Shown in pieces: positions 9,331-19,728 of a stretch of DNA of 64,000 nt. The DNA comes from Candidatus Multivorans sp. (GTDB lineage Bacteria > Acidobacteriota > Thermoanaerobaculia > Multivoradales > Multivoraceae): assembly GCA_965247095.1 (NCBI GenBank), contig OZ251997.1:1504001-1568000 (forward strand), in the 5' to 3' direction. The notes beneath the pieces are model-generated. The model saw nothing but the letters and a program-made list of their open reading frames with translations. It did not search any database and was not told the origin of the DNA. The translations under genes and the position numbers were made by a program. How positions within the stretch are numbered: position 1 is the first letter of the stretch; each line of letters opens with the position of its first letter.

Positions 9331-10521
9331 ATGAAGCTCCTCGCGTTCAGCGACGTCCACCTGGACTCGAAGTTCGGCTGGGCCACCCGCGAGGTCGCCC
9401 GCCGGCAGCGCCAGAAGCTGCGCGATGCGGTGACCTGGGCGTTCGAGCACGCACAGGAGGAAGGGGCGTCCGCCGTCCTGATCGGCGGCGACCTGTTCGA
9501 ACACGACCTGGTCTCCCGCGACACGATCGACTTCCTGCGACGGACCTTCGAACGCTGCGGCCTCCGGGTGTTCGCCGCTCCCGGCAACCACGACTACGCG
9601 GGCAAGGACAGCCCGTACCGGCGCATCGACTGGCCCGAGAACGTCCACATCTTCAGCAAGACCCACCTGACCGCGGCGCCGCTGGCCGACGGCGTCACCC
9701 TCTGGGGCGCCGCGCACCGGAAACCGGTCGACACCCCCAGCTTCTTCGAAGACGGCTTCCACGTCGGCAACTCCCTTGGCGCCGGCAACGGCGTCCACAT
9801 CGCGGTCTTCCACGGCGAGGAACGGCTCGCCGCGTTTCGGGGCCAGTACCGGCACGCCCCGTTCGACGGCGATCAGATCGCGGCCGCCGGCTTCGACCAC
9901 GCCGTCGTCGGGCATTCGCACAAGCCAGTGGACCGCTCCACCTGGACCCGGCTCGGCTCGCTCGAGCAACTTGCGTTCAACAGCGCCTACGGCAGCGCGG
10001 TGGTGCTGGAGGTCGGGAACGGCAAGGTCACCCGGCGGCGCCTCGATCCGCTGCCACCCACTCTCCACTCGCTCAGCGCGAGTCTCTCCGACGTAGAAGA
10101 CCTGGAAGGCGCCCGAGACCGAGTGAGGGAGGCACTCGAGGGACGGACTGGCGCGGCCCGCGTCCGGTTGCTCGGTGAGGTCCCAGACACCCTTCACCTC
10201 CACGCCGACGAATTCGACCCCGGCGCCTTCGAGCCGCCGGAGGGCATCGACCAAGTGTTGGTCGACGTCTCCGGCCTGACCTCACCCTACGATCTGGAGC
10301 ACATCGCGGACGAGCCGACCGTGCAGGGCATGTTCGTGCGCCGCGTCCGCGCCGCCGACCTGGACCGCGAAACCGAGCGCCTGGTCCTGCTCGCAGGTCT
10401 GCGTGCGCTCGACGGCCAGGACAGTCTCGGAGTGATCGACGAACTCCGCATGAGTGGCCTCAAGGCCGATCCACCCGGCGATGAGCCGGCCTCCGTCCCA
10501 GACCACGGAGCGGACGCGTGA
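9331..10521 (+). CDS. Mre11/SbcD-like (YhaO-type) metallophosphoesterase / DNA repair exonuclease
   Basis: DVHLD, GDLFE, GNHD, FHG and GHSH metal-binding motifs. Confidence 0.88.
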   Translation: MKLLAFSDVHLDSKFGWATREVARRQRQKLRDAVTWAFEHAQEEGASAVLIGGDLFEHDLVSRDTIDFLRRTFERCGLRVFAAPGNHDYAGKDSPYRRIDWPENVHIFSKTHLTAAPLADGVTLWGAAHRKPVDTPSFFEDGFHVGNSLGAGNGVHIAVFHGEERLAAFRGQYRHAPFDGDQIAAAGFDHAVVGHSHKPVDRSTWTRLGSLEQLAFNSAYGSAVVLEVGNGKVTRRRLDPLPPTLHSLSASLSDVEDLEGARDRVREALEGRTGAARVRLLGEVPDTLHLHADEFDPGAFEPPEGIDQVLVDVSGLTSPYDLEHIADEPTVQGMFVRRVRAADLDRETERLVLLAGLRALDGQDSLGVIDELRMSGLKADPPGDEPASVPDHGADA

Positions 10522-13433
10522 GGATCCTCCGCATCCGCGCCCACGATTTCGGCAAGCTGAACGGCGCACTCGACCTGGCGCCCGGCATGACCGTGGTTCA
10601 CGGCGGCAACGAAGCCGGCAAGTCGACCTGGCTGCAGGCGATCTTCGCCGGTCTCTGCGGCCGGCGCCGCGGCCGTGGCGCGAACACTCTCGAGGATCGG
10701 GAGTTCGAACAGCAGTACGAACCCTGGAACGGCCAGCCGTGGCGCGCGACGATCAAGTTCCAGCTCGACGACGGCCGCCGGATCGAGATCCAGCAGACCG
10801 ACCTGAAGACCAAGGAAAGCTCCGCCCACGATGCCGAGACCGGTCGCCCGCTGGGCGACGAGATCATCTACCGCGGCAGCATCGACGGTTCCCGCTTCCT
10901 GGGCCTGAACCGCCAAGTCGTGCCGTCGACGCTGGTCATCGGCCAGGGCGACATCCAGCGCCTGCGTCAGAAGAGCGAGAAGAAGGGCGACGAGGCCTCC
11001 GCCCTCAAGGAGGAGCTGCAGCGAGCAGCCGCTTCCGCCGGCGGCGCCGCCACCGCGGCCGAGGCGCTTCGCATCTTGAAGAACTACGCCAGCAACGAGA
11101 TCGGGACGGAGCGCAGGAACTCGACCAAGCCGCTGCAACGGGCGATCGAACGGGCCGCTCTTGCCGCGAAAGCCCGGGAAGCGGGCCGGAGCCGCCAACT
11201 GGAACGGAACAGGCTGGAGGACGGTCTCGCCGATGCCGAGGAGCGAGCCCGTCGCGCGGACGACCTGGTCGAGAGCTGCAAGCGGACTCAGACGCGGCGC
11301 GAGTTAGAGCGACTCGACGGACGCCTGGCGGCGATCGACCGCCTGCAGTCGAGGTTCCCCGACGGCAAGCCGCCCGCCGGTCCCGGTGAGGGCCGCGACT
11401 CCGCCGTCGAGCAGGAGCTGCGCGAAGCCGCGTTCGAGTACCGGAGGCGGCCGGACGCGCCCGAGGAACTCGCGGGGCCGAGCGCAGATGAGATGGAGCA
11501 GCAACTGACCGCGATACCCGAGTCGGCGGAGGGGGACCGCGAGATGGCTCCCGAGGTCGCGGTCGCGGCGAGCAGATGGCGCAGAGCCTCAGAAGGACGG
11601 GCGGTCCGTGAGCAACTGGGGCCGGGCGACCCACCAGACCCCTTGATCGCCAAGGCGGACGAAGCGCTCGCCAAGCGCGCCCTCGCGATCCTCGAGTTAC
11701 CGCCGCTCGAACCGATCGACGAAGCGGAACGCCGCGTTCGCGAACTAAGCGAAGAACGGCAGCAGCACATGAGTCAGCTCGTGGCGCACTCCGGCGCCTA
11801 TCGGTGGCTCGGGCTCGGCGCTGGCGCCGGCGGATTGCTTGGCCTGCTGGCGTCGTTCGACGTGCTCCCACGGCTGGTCGGAGCTGCCGGGTGGCTTCTT
11901 GTGGTCCTGTGTTTCCTGCTCCTCTACCGGGTGCAGAGGCGAGCTCCTCGCTCCAGCTTCTCCGAGAAGGCACAGCCGGGCTTCGACATGGCCGACGCTA
12001 CGGCGGACCTGCGCGAGCAGAGGCGAAGGCACAGGCAGAGACAGCAGCAGCTCGAGGCCACCCGTCAGGCACTTAGCGGACTCGGTCTCGAAGCCAACGC
12101 GGACGCAGTGCAAGCTGCCCTCGCTACCCTGAAAGACCGGGAAGCATGGGACCGGGAGCAGTCCGCCTGGCTGCGGCGCACAGCAGCGGCACGAGAGGCC
12201 GAAGTGGAAGCCGAAACCGCCCTGCGCGCGGCCCTGGGCGGCCGCGGCGCCGACGATCCGGAAGCCCCGACCGCCACCCTCCTCGACCAGTACGAACAAT
12301 CGTGCCTGCAGAACGCCGGCCTGGCTGCGGTGACCGACCGGCGCGAGGCACTGATCGCCCGAATCAAGGCTCGGCGACACGCCCAAGACATGGCGGCGTC
12401 ACAGCTCAAGCGGCGCACGGAGGCCGAAGCACGTTTCCAGGCCGCTCTTGCCGCGGCAGGATTCCCCGACGGCTCGACCGAGGCGCCGGAGCAGTGGGCC
12501 GCCCGTTGGCTTCAGGAACGGGAACGGCAGGTCAACCGCCAGCGGAGCGACTGGAGCCAGCTGCAGCACTTGCTGGACGGTCGGGACCGCCAGACACTCG
12601 CAGCCGAACGCGAGGCTGTGGCAGCCCGGCTCGGTCCGGTTTCGAGCGACGACGAGCCGACCGAGCTCCTGGCTCTGCGGGACATCGAGCTGGAACGAAA
12701 GCTGGAAGAGGCCCGAATCCAGGCCGGCAACGCCCGCAGCGAGGTCAGCAACTACGAAGGTCAACTCGCCAAGGACGCCGACCTCCCCTCGCTCGCAGAA
12801 CTCGAAGAGGAGCATTCCGCCGCGGATCGCGAAGTCGCTCTCCTGCGGCTGGCCGGCAAGATCGTAGACACAGCCCAACAACACCTGAAGGAAGCCCAGG
12901 ACGAGGTCCACCGGATGCTCGCCCCCGACCTCCGCCAGGGACTCGAAGAGCGGCTGAGCCGGGTCACTGCCGGCCGCTACTCCAGGGCCCGCGTCGATCC
13001 GGAGCAAGGCCTCGAGGTCCAGCTCGAGGTCGAGGACGACGACTACCGTTCGGCCGCCGAGTTGTCCTACGGCACCCTCGACCAGGTCTACCTCCTGCTC
13101 CGCATCGCTCTGGCCGAGGCCCTCGGGGACAAGAAGGAGTCCGCGCCCCTGTTCCTCGACGACGCCACCGTCCACTGCGACACCGACCGCACCATCCGCT
13201 TCCTCGACCTCCTGCTGACGCTGAGCGAGGAACGCCAGATCGTCGTGTTCAGCCAGGAAGAGGAGGTTCGGCACTGGGCCGAAGGTCGCCTCGTCGGGGA
13301 TGCCCGGCACCGCCTGATCGAGCTGAACCGGCAGGGACGCCCGGTGGGGCCGAACGGCGACGGCGAGCCGGATCCTTCCGACGCCGAGGCCGGCACCGCC
13401 CCGGCGCCGGAGCGCCAGCACTCCCTTCTATAA
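10518..13433 (+). CDS. Rad50/SbcC-like (YhaN-type) coiled-coil ATPase with central hydrophobic helices
   Basis: Walker A GGNEAGKST, signature LSYGT, Walker B LFLDD, long coiled coil; 4-nt overlap with the phosphoesterase gene. Confidence 0.85.
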   Translation: MRILRIRAHDFGKLNGALDLAPGMTVVHGGNEAGKSTWLQAIFAGLCGRRRGRGANTLEDREFEQQYEPWNGQPWRATIKFQLDDGRRIEIQQTDLKTKESSAHDAETGRPLGDEIIYRGSIDGSRFLGLNRQVVPSTLVIGQGDIQRLRQKSEKKGDEASALKEELQRAAASAGGAATAAEALRILKNYASNEIGTERRNSTKPLQRAIERAALAAKAREAGRSRQLERNRLEDGLADAEERARRADDLVESCKRTQTRRELERLDGRLAAIDRLQSRFPDGKPPAGPGEGRDSAVEQELREAAFEYRRRPDAPEELAGPSADEMEQQLTAIPESAEGDREMAPEVAVAASRWRRASEGRAVREQLGPGDPPDPLIAKADEALAKRALAILELPPLEPIDEAERRVRELSEERQQHMSQLVAHSGAYRWLGLGAGAGGLLGLLASFDVLPRLVGAAGWLLVVLCFLLLYRVQRRAPRSSFSEKAQPGFDMADATADLREQRRRHRQRQQQLEATRQALSGLGLEANADAVQAALATLKDREAWDREQSAWLRRTAAAREAEVEAETALRAALGGRGADDPEAPTATLLDQYEQSCLQNAGLAAVTDRREALIARIKARRHAQDMAASQLKRRTEAEARFQAALAAAGFPDGSTEAPEQWAARWLQERERQVNRQRSDWSQLQHLLDGRDRQTLAAEREAVAARLGPVSSDDEPTELLALRDIELERKLEEARIQAGNARSEVSNYEGQLAKDADLPSLAELEEEHSAADREVALLRLAGKIVDTAQQHLKEAQDEVHRMLAPDLRQGLEERLSRVTAGRYSRARVDPEQGLEVQLEVEDDDYRSAAELSYGTLDQVYLLLRIALAEALGDKKESAPLFLDDATVHCDTDRTIRFLDLLLTLSEERQIVVFSQEEEVRHWAEGRLVGDARHRLIELNRQGRPVGPNGDGEPDPSDAEAGTAPAPERQHSLL

Positions 13434-13507
13434 TCCCGGACCCCATGCCCTCCACAGAGCGCGCGGCCTGCCGCGTCGAAACCACGAACTACGCGTCGCC
13501 GTAGCCG

Positions 13508-16500
13508 ATGCGCCGTCTGCTGATCGCGAACCGCGGCGAGATCGCGGTACGAATCGCCCGCGCGGCGATGGACCTTGGCATCCATACGGTCGCGGTGTAC
13601 TCCGAGGACGACGCAAACGGGCTCCACCTGCGGATCGCCGACGAGGCGGTCGCTCTGAACGGTCGCGGCGTGCCCGCGTACCTCGACATCGAAGGTGTCG
13701 TAGGGCGGGCGGTGGATGCGAACTGCGACGCGGTCCATCCCGGATACGGCTTCCTGGCCGAGAACGCGGACTTCGCAACCGCCTGTGCCGAGGCGGGCAT
13801 CACCTTCGTCGGACCGCGGCCCGAGGTGCTGGAACTCTTCGGCGACAAAGGCAGAGCGCGTGCGGCTTCGACCGGCGCGGACGTGCCGGTGCTGCGCGGC
13901 ACGGATCGGCCGACGACGGTCGAGGAGGCGCAGGAGTTCTTCGCCGCCCTGGGCCAGGGCAAGGCGATGATCGTCAAGGCGCTCGCCGGCGGCGGCGGCC
14001 GCGGGACCCGCATCGTCGCCTCGGCCGACGAGATCGAACAGGCCTACGAGCGCTGCCGGTCCGAGGCCGAGCGCGCGTTCGGCAACGGCGGCCTCTACGT
14101 CGAGGAGCTGATCCCGCGGGCACGACACATCGAAGTCCAGCTCCTGGGTGACGAAGAGGGCGGGCTGATCGACCTCGGCGAACGCGAATGCAGCGCCCAG
14201 CGCCGGCACCAGAAGGTGGTCGAGACGGCGCCGGCGCCCAACCTCTCCCCCACCCTGCGCGCAGCGATCATCGACGCCGCGCTGCGCCTCGGCCGCGCCG
14301 CGCAGTACAACAGTTTGGGCACGTTCGAGTTCCTCGCCTTTGCCGGAAGGGGCAGCGACGGCTCCAATGGCGGCAGCCCGTCCGCCGAGGCAGGCGGCGG
14401 CTTCGCGTTCATCGAGGCGAACGCCCGCCTGCAGGTGGAGCACACGGTCACCGAGGCGGTCACCGGTGTCGACCTGGTCCAGGCTCAACTGCGAATCGCG
14501 GCCGGCGAGACGCTTACAGGTCTCGGGCTCGGAGCGCCGGAAGCCGTCCGCCCGCGCGGCTTCGCGATCCAGGCGCGGGTCAACCTGGAGACCCTGGACG
14601 CCGACGGCGCCGTGCGCCCGTCCGGCGGCGTACTCACTGCCTATGAACCGCCGAGCGGACCGGGAGTGCGGATCGACGGCTGCGGCTACGCAGGCTACGA
14701 GGCGAACCCAGCCTTCGACTCCCTGCTGGCGAAGGTGATCGCCCATTCGCCCTCCAGCGACTTCACGAGCGTCGTGAAGCGGGCCTCGCGGGCGCTCGAC
14801 GAGTTTCGCATCGGCGGACCCTCGACGAACATCCCCTGGCTACAGAGCGTCCTCAACCACCCGGACTTTGCCGCGGGCAACCTCTACACCCGCTGGCTCG
14901 ACGACCACTCCCAGGAGCTGGCGGCGGCCGCCGGCAACGGCCGGAGGCAACGCTTCGTCCCGGCCTCCGCTCTTCCCACCGGCCCGGCGCCCGGACCCGG
15001 GGGCACACCGAGCGACGACGCGCGTGACAGCGGCTTCGCCGGCGCCCGCGTCGACACCGTCGATCCTCTCGCTCTCTTCGCCCACGACCAGGCGACCAAG
15101 GCGGCAGAAGCCGCGAAGCCGGACACGGGCGCCGACACGGCCGGACCGCAGGCCGGCCACGAGGGCGCTGTCGGCGTCGTCGCGCCGATCCAGGGCACGA
15201 TCGTCAGCATTGATGTCGCGCAAGGCGACGAGGTGCTGCGCGGACAGCAGGTCGCGGTGATCGAGGCGATGAAGATGGAGCACGTGCTGCGTGCCGGCAC
15301 GAGCGGCATCGTGAAGCAGGTGACGATGGCGGCCGGCGACACGATCCGCGAGGGCTATCCCCTGGTCCTTGTCGAGGAAGCCGAAGGCGGCGAGGCAGCG
15401 GACGCCGCCGAGGAAATCGACCCCGACTACATCCGGCCCGACCTGGAAGAGAACTACCGTCGCCACGCCTACACCCTGGACGAGAACCGGCCCGAGGCGG
15501 TTGCCCGGCGCCGCCGCTTCGGCTTCCAGACGCCCCGAGAGAACATCGAGCAACTCGTCGACCCCGGATCGTTCAAGGAGTACTGGCCTCTGCTCGTGGC
15601 GCGCCAGCACCAGAAGTACAGCGACGAGAAGCTACGCCAGTACACGCCCGCCGACGGCGTGGTCGCCGGCACCGCGTCGATCAACGGCGACCTGTTCGAC
15701 GACGAGCACTCCCGGGCGATCGTGCTCTCGTACGACTACACCGTCCTCGCCGGCACTCAAGGTGGCCGCAACCACTACAAGCAGGATCGCCTGTTCGAGC
15801 TCGCCAACCGCTACCGGTTGCCACTCGTCTTCTTCACCGAAGGCGGGGGCGGAAGGCCGGGCGACGACTACACGGGACCGCGGGTCGCGTTCGACACCTA
15901 CACGTTCACGCAGTTCTCCAAGCTCTCGGGGCTCATTCCCCTGGTCGGCGTGAACAACGGCCGCTGCTTCGCCGGCAACACCGCCCTGCTCGCCTGCTGC
16001 GACGTGATCATCGCCACCGAGGCGTCGACCATCGCGATGGGGGGCCCGGCGATGATCGAGGGCGGGGGCCTCGGTGTCTACACGCCGGAAGAAGTCGGCC
16101 CGATGTCGTTCCAGGTGCCGAACGGCGTCGTCGACATCCTGGTCGAGGACGAGGAAGCGGCGGTCGAGACGACGAAGAAGTACCTCTCCTACTTCCAGGG
16201 AGCGACGTGCGAATGGGAGGCCCACGACCAGCGCCCCCTGCGCCACGTGATCCCCGAGAACCGGCTCCGCCTCTACGACATGCAGGAGATCGTCCACACC
16301 CTGGCCGACGTCGGCTCGGTGCTGGAGATCCGCGAGAAGTTCGGGATCGGCGTGATCACCGCCTTCATCCGCGTCGAGGGCAGGCCGATGGGAGTGATCG
16401 CGAACAACCCGCACCACCTCGCCGGGGCCATCGACTCCGACGGCGCCGACAAGGGCGCCCGCTTCCTGCAGCTCTGCGACGCCTTCGACATCCCGGTACT

Positions 16501-16987
16501 CAGCCTGATGGACTGCCCGGGAATCATGGTCGGTCCCGACCACGAGCGGACTGCCCTGGTCCGCCACTGCGCGCGCATGTTCAACACCGGCGCCAACCTG
16601 TCGGTACCCATGTTCGGCGTCGTCGTGCGCAAGGCCTACGGCCTCGGCGTGCAGGCGATGTGCGGCGCCAGCTCGCTGGTCGGCTTCTTCACTGTCGGCT
16701 GGCCGACAGCCGAGTTCGCGGGCATGAACATCGAGGGCGCGGTCAAGCTCGGCTACCGCAAGGAGCTGGCCGCCATCGAGGATCCCGAAGAACGGCGACT
16801 CGAGTTCGAGCGCCGCGTCGAGGCCTCCTACGAACGCGCCAAGGCCGTGAACGCGGCCGCCGGCGGCGGACTCGACGACGTGATCGATCCGGCGGACACC
16901 CGCTCCTGGATCACAGAAAGCATGAAACGGCTGCCGCCGCCACCACCCCGCACCGGCAAGAAGCGGCCCTACATCGATACCTGGTAA
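13508..16987 (+). CDS. Single-chain acyl-CoA carboxylase (biotin carboxylase - BCCP - carboxyltransferase)
   Basis: LIANRGEIA, HPGYGFLAEN, RLQVEH, biotin site EAMKM, CT motifs YTVLAGTQG and GGPAMI. Confidence 0.93.
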   Translation: MRRLLIANRGEIAVRIARAAMDLGIHTVAVYSEDDANGLHLRIADEAVALNGRGVPAYLDIEGVVGRAVDANCDAVHPGYGFLAENADFATACAEAGITFVGPRPEVLELFGDKGRARAASTGADVPVLRGTDRPTTVEEAQEFFAALGQGKAMIVKALAGGGGRGTRIVASADEIEQAYERCRSEAERAFGNGGLYVEELIPRARHIEVQLLGDEEGGLIDLGERECSAQRRHQKVVETAPAPNLSPTLRAAIIDAALRLGRAAQYNSLGTFEFLAFAGRGSDGSNGGSPSAEAGGGFAFIEANARLQVEHTVTEAVTGVDLVQAQLRIAAGETLTGLGLGAPEAVRPRGFAIQARVNLETLDADGAVRPSGGVLTAYEPPSGPGVRIDGCGYAGYEANPAFDSLLAKVIAHSPSSDFTSVVKRASRALDEFRIGGPSTNIPWLQSVLNHPDFAAGNLYTRWLDDHSQELAAAAGNGRRQRFVPASALPTGPAPGPGGTPSDDARDSGFAGARVDTVDPLALFAHDQATKAAEAAKPDTGADTAGPQAGHEGAVGVVAPIQGTIVSIDVAQGDEVLRGQQVAVIEAMKMEHVLRAGTSGIVKQVTMAAGDTIREGYPLVLVEEAEGGEAADAAEEIDPDYIRPDLEENYRRHAYTLDENRPEAVARRRRFGFQTPRENIEQLVDPGSFKEYWPLLVARQHQKYSDEKLRQYTPADGVVAGTASINGDLFDDEHSRAIVLSYDYTVLAGTQGGRNHYKQDRLFELANRYRLPLVFFTEGGGGRPGDDYTGPRVAFDTYTFTQFSKLSGLIPLVGVNNGRCFAGNTALLACCDVIIATEASTIAMGGPAMIEGGGLGVYTPEEVGPMSFQVPNGVVDILVEDEEAAVETTKKYLSYFQGATCEWEAHDQRPLRHVIPENRLRLYDMQEIVHTLADVGSVLEIREKFGIGVITAFIRVEGRPMGVIANNPHHLAGAIDSDGADKGARFLQLCDAFDIPVLSLMDCPGIMVGPDHERTALVRHCARMFNTGANLSVPMFGVVVRKAYGLGVQAMCGASSLVGFFTVGWPTAEFAGMNIEGAVKLGYRKELAAIEDPEERRLEFERRVEASYERAKAVNAAAGGGLDDVIDPADTRSWITESMKRLPPPPPRTGKKRPYIDTW

Positions 16988-17088
16988 CCGGCTCGGTACC
17001 TGGTAGCCGGTTGGCGTCCGGTCACCGGGCCCATCCACACCCTTCACCTTCGACCCGTAGTCACCTTCGACCAGGAGGGCTTACCTGT

Positions 17089-17973
17089 ATGTCCTATGAA
17101 CCGCCCACAGTCTGGAAGTGGCAGTCCGAGAGCGGCGGCCGCTTCGCCAACATCAACCGACCGATCGCGGGTCCCACCCACGAGAAGGAACTGCCGGTCG
17201 GCGATCATCCGTTCCAACTCTACTCCCTGGCCACCCCCAACGGCGTCAAGGTCACGGTGATGCTCGAGGAGCTGCTGGCGCGCGGCCACAGCGGCGCCGA
17301 GTACGACGCCTACCTGATCAACATCGGCGAAGGCAACCAGTTTTCGAGCGGGTTCGTCGCGATCAATCCGAACTCCAAGATCCCGGCCCTCCTCGACCGC
17401 AGTACGGCGCCGCCGACGCGCGTTTTCGAGTCCGGCGCGGTCCTCCTCTACCTGGCTGAGAAGTTCGGCGAGTTTCTACCCGAGGATCACGCGGCGCGCA
17501 CCGAGTGCCTGTGCTGGCTGTTCTGGCAGATGGGCAGCGCGCCCTACCTGGGCGGCGGGTTCGGGCACTTCTACGCCTACGCGCCCGAGAAGATCGAGTA
17601 CGCCATCGACCGCTTCACCATGGAGGTCAAGCGGCAGCTCGACGTCCTCGACCGGCGCCTGGCGGACTCCCGGTACATGGCGGGCAGCGAGTACACGATC
17701 GCCGACGTGGCGATCTGGCCCTGGTACGGCGGCCTCGCCGCCGGCAAGCTCTACGGCGCCGGCGAGTTCATCGAAGCGCACACGTACGAGCACGTGAACC
17801 GGTGGTCGCGAGAGATCGCCGGGCGCCCCGCGGTCAAGCGCGGGCAGATGGTGAACCGGGCCTTTGGCCCGCTGGAGAAGCAACTCCGCGAGCGTCACGC
17901 CGCCAGCGACTTCGAGACCAGGACGCAGGACAAGCTCGAGCCCGAGGAGCAACCGGCCGAGGACGACGACTAG
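17089..17973 (+). CDS. yghU: Glutathione-dependent disulfide-bond oxidoreductase (GST family)
   Basis: YEPPTVWKW, YSLATPNGVKV, NPNSKIPAL, WLFWQMGSAPYLGGGFGHFYAYAP, ERHAASDF; start after AGGAGG. Confidence 0.93.
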   Translation: MSYEPPTVWKWQSESGGRFANINRPIAGPTHEKELPVGDHPFQLYSLATPNGVKVTVMLEELLARGHSGAEYDAYLINIGEGNQFSSGFVAINPNSKIPALLDRSTAPPTRVFESGAVLLYLAEKFGEFLPEDHAARTECLCWLFWQMGSAPYLGGGFGHFYAYAPEKIEYAIDRFTMEVKRQLDVLDRRLADSRYMAGSEYTIADVAIWPWYGGLAAGKLYGAGEFIEAHTYEHVNRWSREIAGRPAVKRGQMVNRAFGPLEKQLRERHAASDFETRTQDKLEPEEQPAEDDD

Positions 17974-19004
17974 TCGGCCGTCCCCTCAAGCACCATGTAC
18001 ATCCGCTGAACGCCGCGGAGATCCACCCGCACCCGGGCCGCCGGCAGATGCTCCGCGTGGTGGGACAGGTCGATCCGCTCCACCGCATCCTCAGCCGAGA
18101 CGCCCTCGGCGTGGAGCGCCGAGACGACCTCCCAGAGTTCCGCGTGGAAGGCCTGCACATGGTCGATCAGCTCCCGGTCGCGGAAGTACGGGCCGTGCCC
18201 GGGCAGGATGAGGTCGAAGTCGAGCTGCTTCAAGCGTTCCAGGGTGGCCGGCCACTCGTTGACCCAACCGTCGCCCGGCCAGGGAGGTCCTCCGAGCATC
18301 ATGTCGCCGGTGAACACGAGCCGTTCCTCCGGCAGGTAGGTCACCACATCGCCACCGGTGTGGGCGCGGCCAAGGAAGTGAAGCTGGATCTCCCGACCGC
18401 CGTGAAACAGGGTCATCTTCTCGAGCAGCGTCGTGTCCGGCGCCACGGGGTCGATCTCGCCGGTCGCCTCGACGTGGGCGGCCTGGACGCTGATCTGGGT
18501 CTCGAGCGCCGCGCGCTCCTCTTCGGGCGCCGCCGCAAGCGCCGCGCGCAGATCCTCCAGGGCCTGCTTGTCCCGCCCCGATGAACCCACGAAGGTGTGC
18601 TCATCGAGCGGCGCGGTCGCCATCTTCCGGCGGGTGTACTCATGTCCGACCACGCGCACGCCGGGCCCGAACGCCTGGTTGCCGTGGGAGTGGTCGTAGT
18701 GGAAGTGGCTGTTGACCAGCGTGCGGATCGGCTTGTCCGTGATCTGGTCGATCCCCGCGATCAACCCCCGCGCAGCGGCCGGCGTGATGTGGGAGTCGAC
18801 GACCAGCACGTCCACGTCGGTGACCACGACCATGGCGTTGCTCCTCGTGACCATGGCGCCGGTCCCGGTGACGAAGTAGACCCCGTCGGCCACCTCCTCG
18901 AACCGGTGGGTCTCGGTTTCGATGACGTGCTCCTCGGCTGCCAGACCCGACGCCAGCAGGCCGGCCGCAAGCGACCACAGAACGCTCCGCTTCCAACGCC
19001 TCAT
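17970..19004 (-). CDS. Exported MBL-fold metallo-hydrolase
   Basis: Signal peptide; HFHYDHSHGN, AHTGGD, FTGD, PGHG. Confidence 0.88.
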   Translation of the reverse strand: MRRWKRSVLWSLAAGLLASGLAAEEHVIETETHRFEEVADGVYFVTGTGAMVTRSNAMVVVTDVDVLVVDSHITPAAARGLIAGIDQITDKPIRTLVNSHFHYDHSHGNQAFGPGVRVVGHEYTRRKMATAPLDEHTFVGSSGRDKQALEDLRAALAAAPEEERAALETQISVQAAHVEATGEIDPVAPDTTLLEKMTLFHGGREIQLHFLGRAHTGGDVVTYLPEERLVFTGDMMLGGPPWPGDGWVNEWPATLERLKQLDFDLILPGHGPYFRDRELIDHVQAFHAELWEVVSALHAEGVSAEDAVERIDLSHHAEHLPAARVRVDLRGVQRMYMVLEGTAD

Positions 19005-19080
19005 TTCCGCTCCCCTTCTTCCAAATCCCAGACTGTGGCCCGAAGCGTACCGCCTCCGCGCTCTCCAACCGGCTAGCGGT

Positions 19081-19707
19081 TCAGGCGATCCAGCCGAGCG
19101 TCCTGGCCCGGTGGACGATCAGGTCCGCCGCGCCATCGAAGCCGAGTCGCTCGGTGTTCAGCACCAGGTCGTAGTGCCGTGGGTCGTCGCAGTCGCGGGC
19201 GTAGTACTCACGGTGGTAGCGGGCACGGTTCGCGTCGCGGCGGACCACGATCGCGTCGGCGTCGTGGTCGGGCACACCCATCACTTCGACCGCCACGCGA
19301 CGCCGGAACTCGGGGCCCCCTACGAGCCGCACATGGAGCGCATCCAGGCGCCGCGCGAGCACGGCGGCCGAAGCGCGGCCGACGAACACGCAGCGCCCCT
19401 GCGCGGCAATCTCACAGACCACGCTGCGGGTGACGCGGATGAGGTTGCCCTCGCCGATCGGCTGTCCCATCGCCGGGGCGGGGAGGAACAGGTCTGGAAG
19501 CTGAGCGCTGGCAATCCGGGCAAGGCGCTCGACGAAGCTGGGCGGCCGGTCTTCCCGTGCCTGAACCTCCTCCGCTGGAATGCCCGCCCGCTGCGCCACC
19601 GCGTCGATCAGTTCGTTGCCAATGACCCGCCATCCAAGCTGCTTCGCCACCAGCGAAGCCACCTGGGCGCCACCGGAGGCGTACTGCCTTGAGATCGTGA
19701 TCAGCAT
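19081..19707 (-). CDS. Cytidylate kinase-like family protein
   Basis: ITISRQYASGG, CVFVGR, YDLVLNT motifs. Confidence 0.88.
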   Translation of the reverse strand: MLITISRQYASGGAQVASLVAKQLGWRVIGNELIDAVAQRAGIPAEEVQAREDRPPSFVERLARIASAQLPDLFLPAPAMGQPIGEGNLIRVTRSVVCEIAAQGRCVFVGRASAAVLARRLDALHVRLVGGPEFRRRVAVEVMGVPDHDADAIVVRRDANRARYHREYYARDCDDPRHYDLVLNTERLGFDGAADLIVHRARTLGWIA

Positions 19708-19728
19708 CCAATATCTCCTCTCCGGCGC

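Noticed and set aside
17044-17072. 12-bp direct repeat tcaccttcgacc x2 before yghU
   Set aside because: Only two copies with a 5-nt gap; not CRISPR-like and no supported function.
16207-17088. N-terminal extension making YghU 588 aa; similar extensions on nucleoside hydrolase (26605), epoxide hydrolase (37148) and fumarase (55131)
   Set aside because: Arg/Pro-rich read-through of upstream genes or intergenic DNA; family-typical starts lie downstream.
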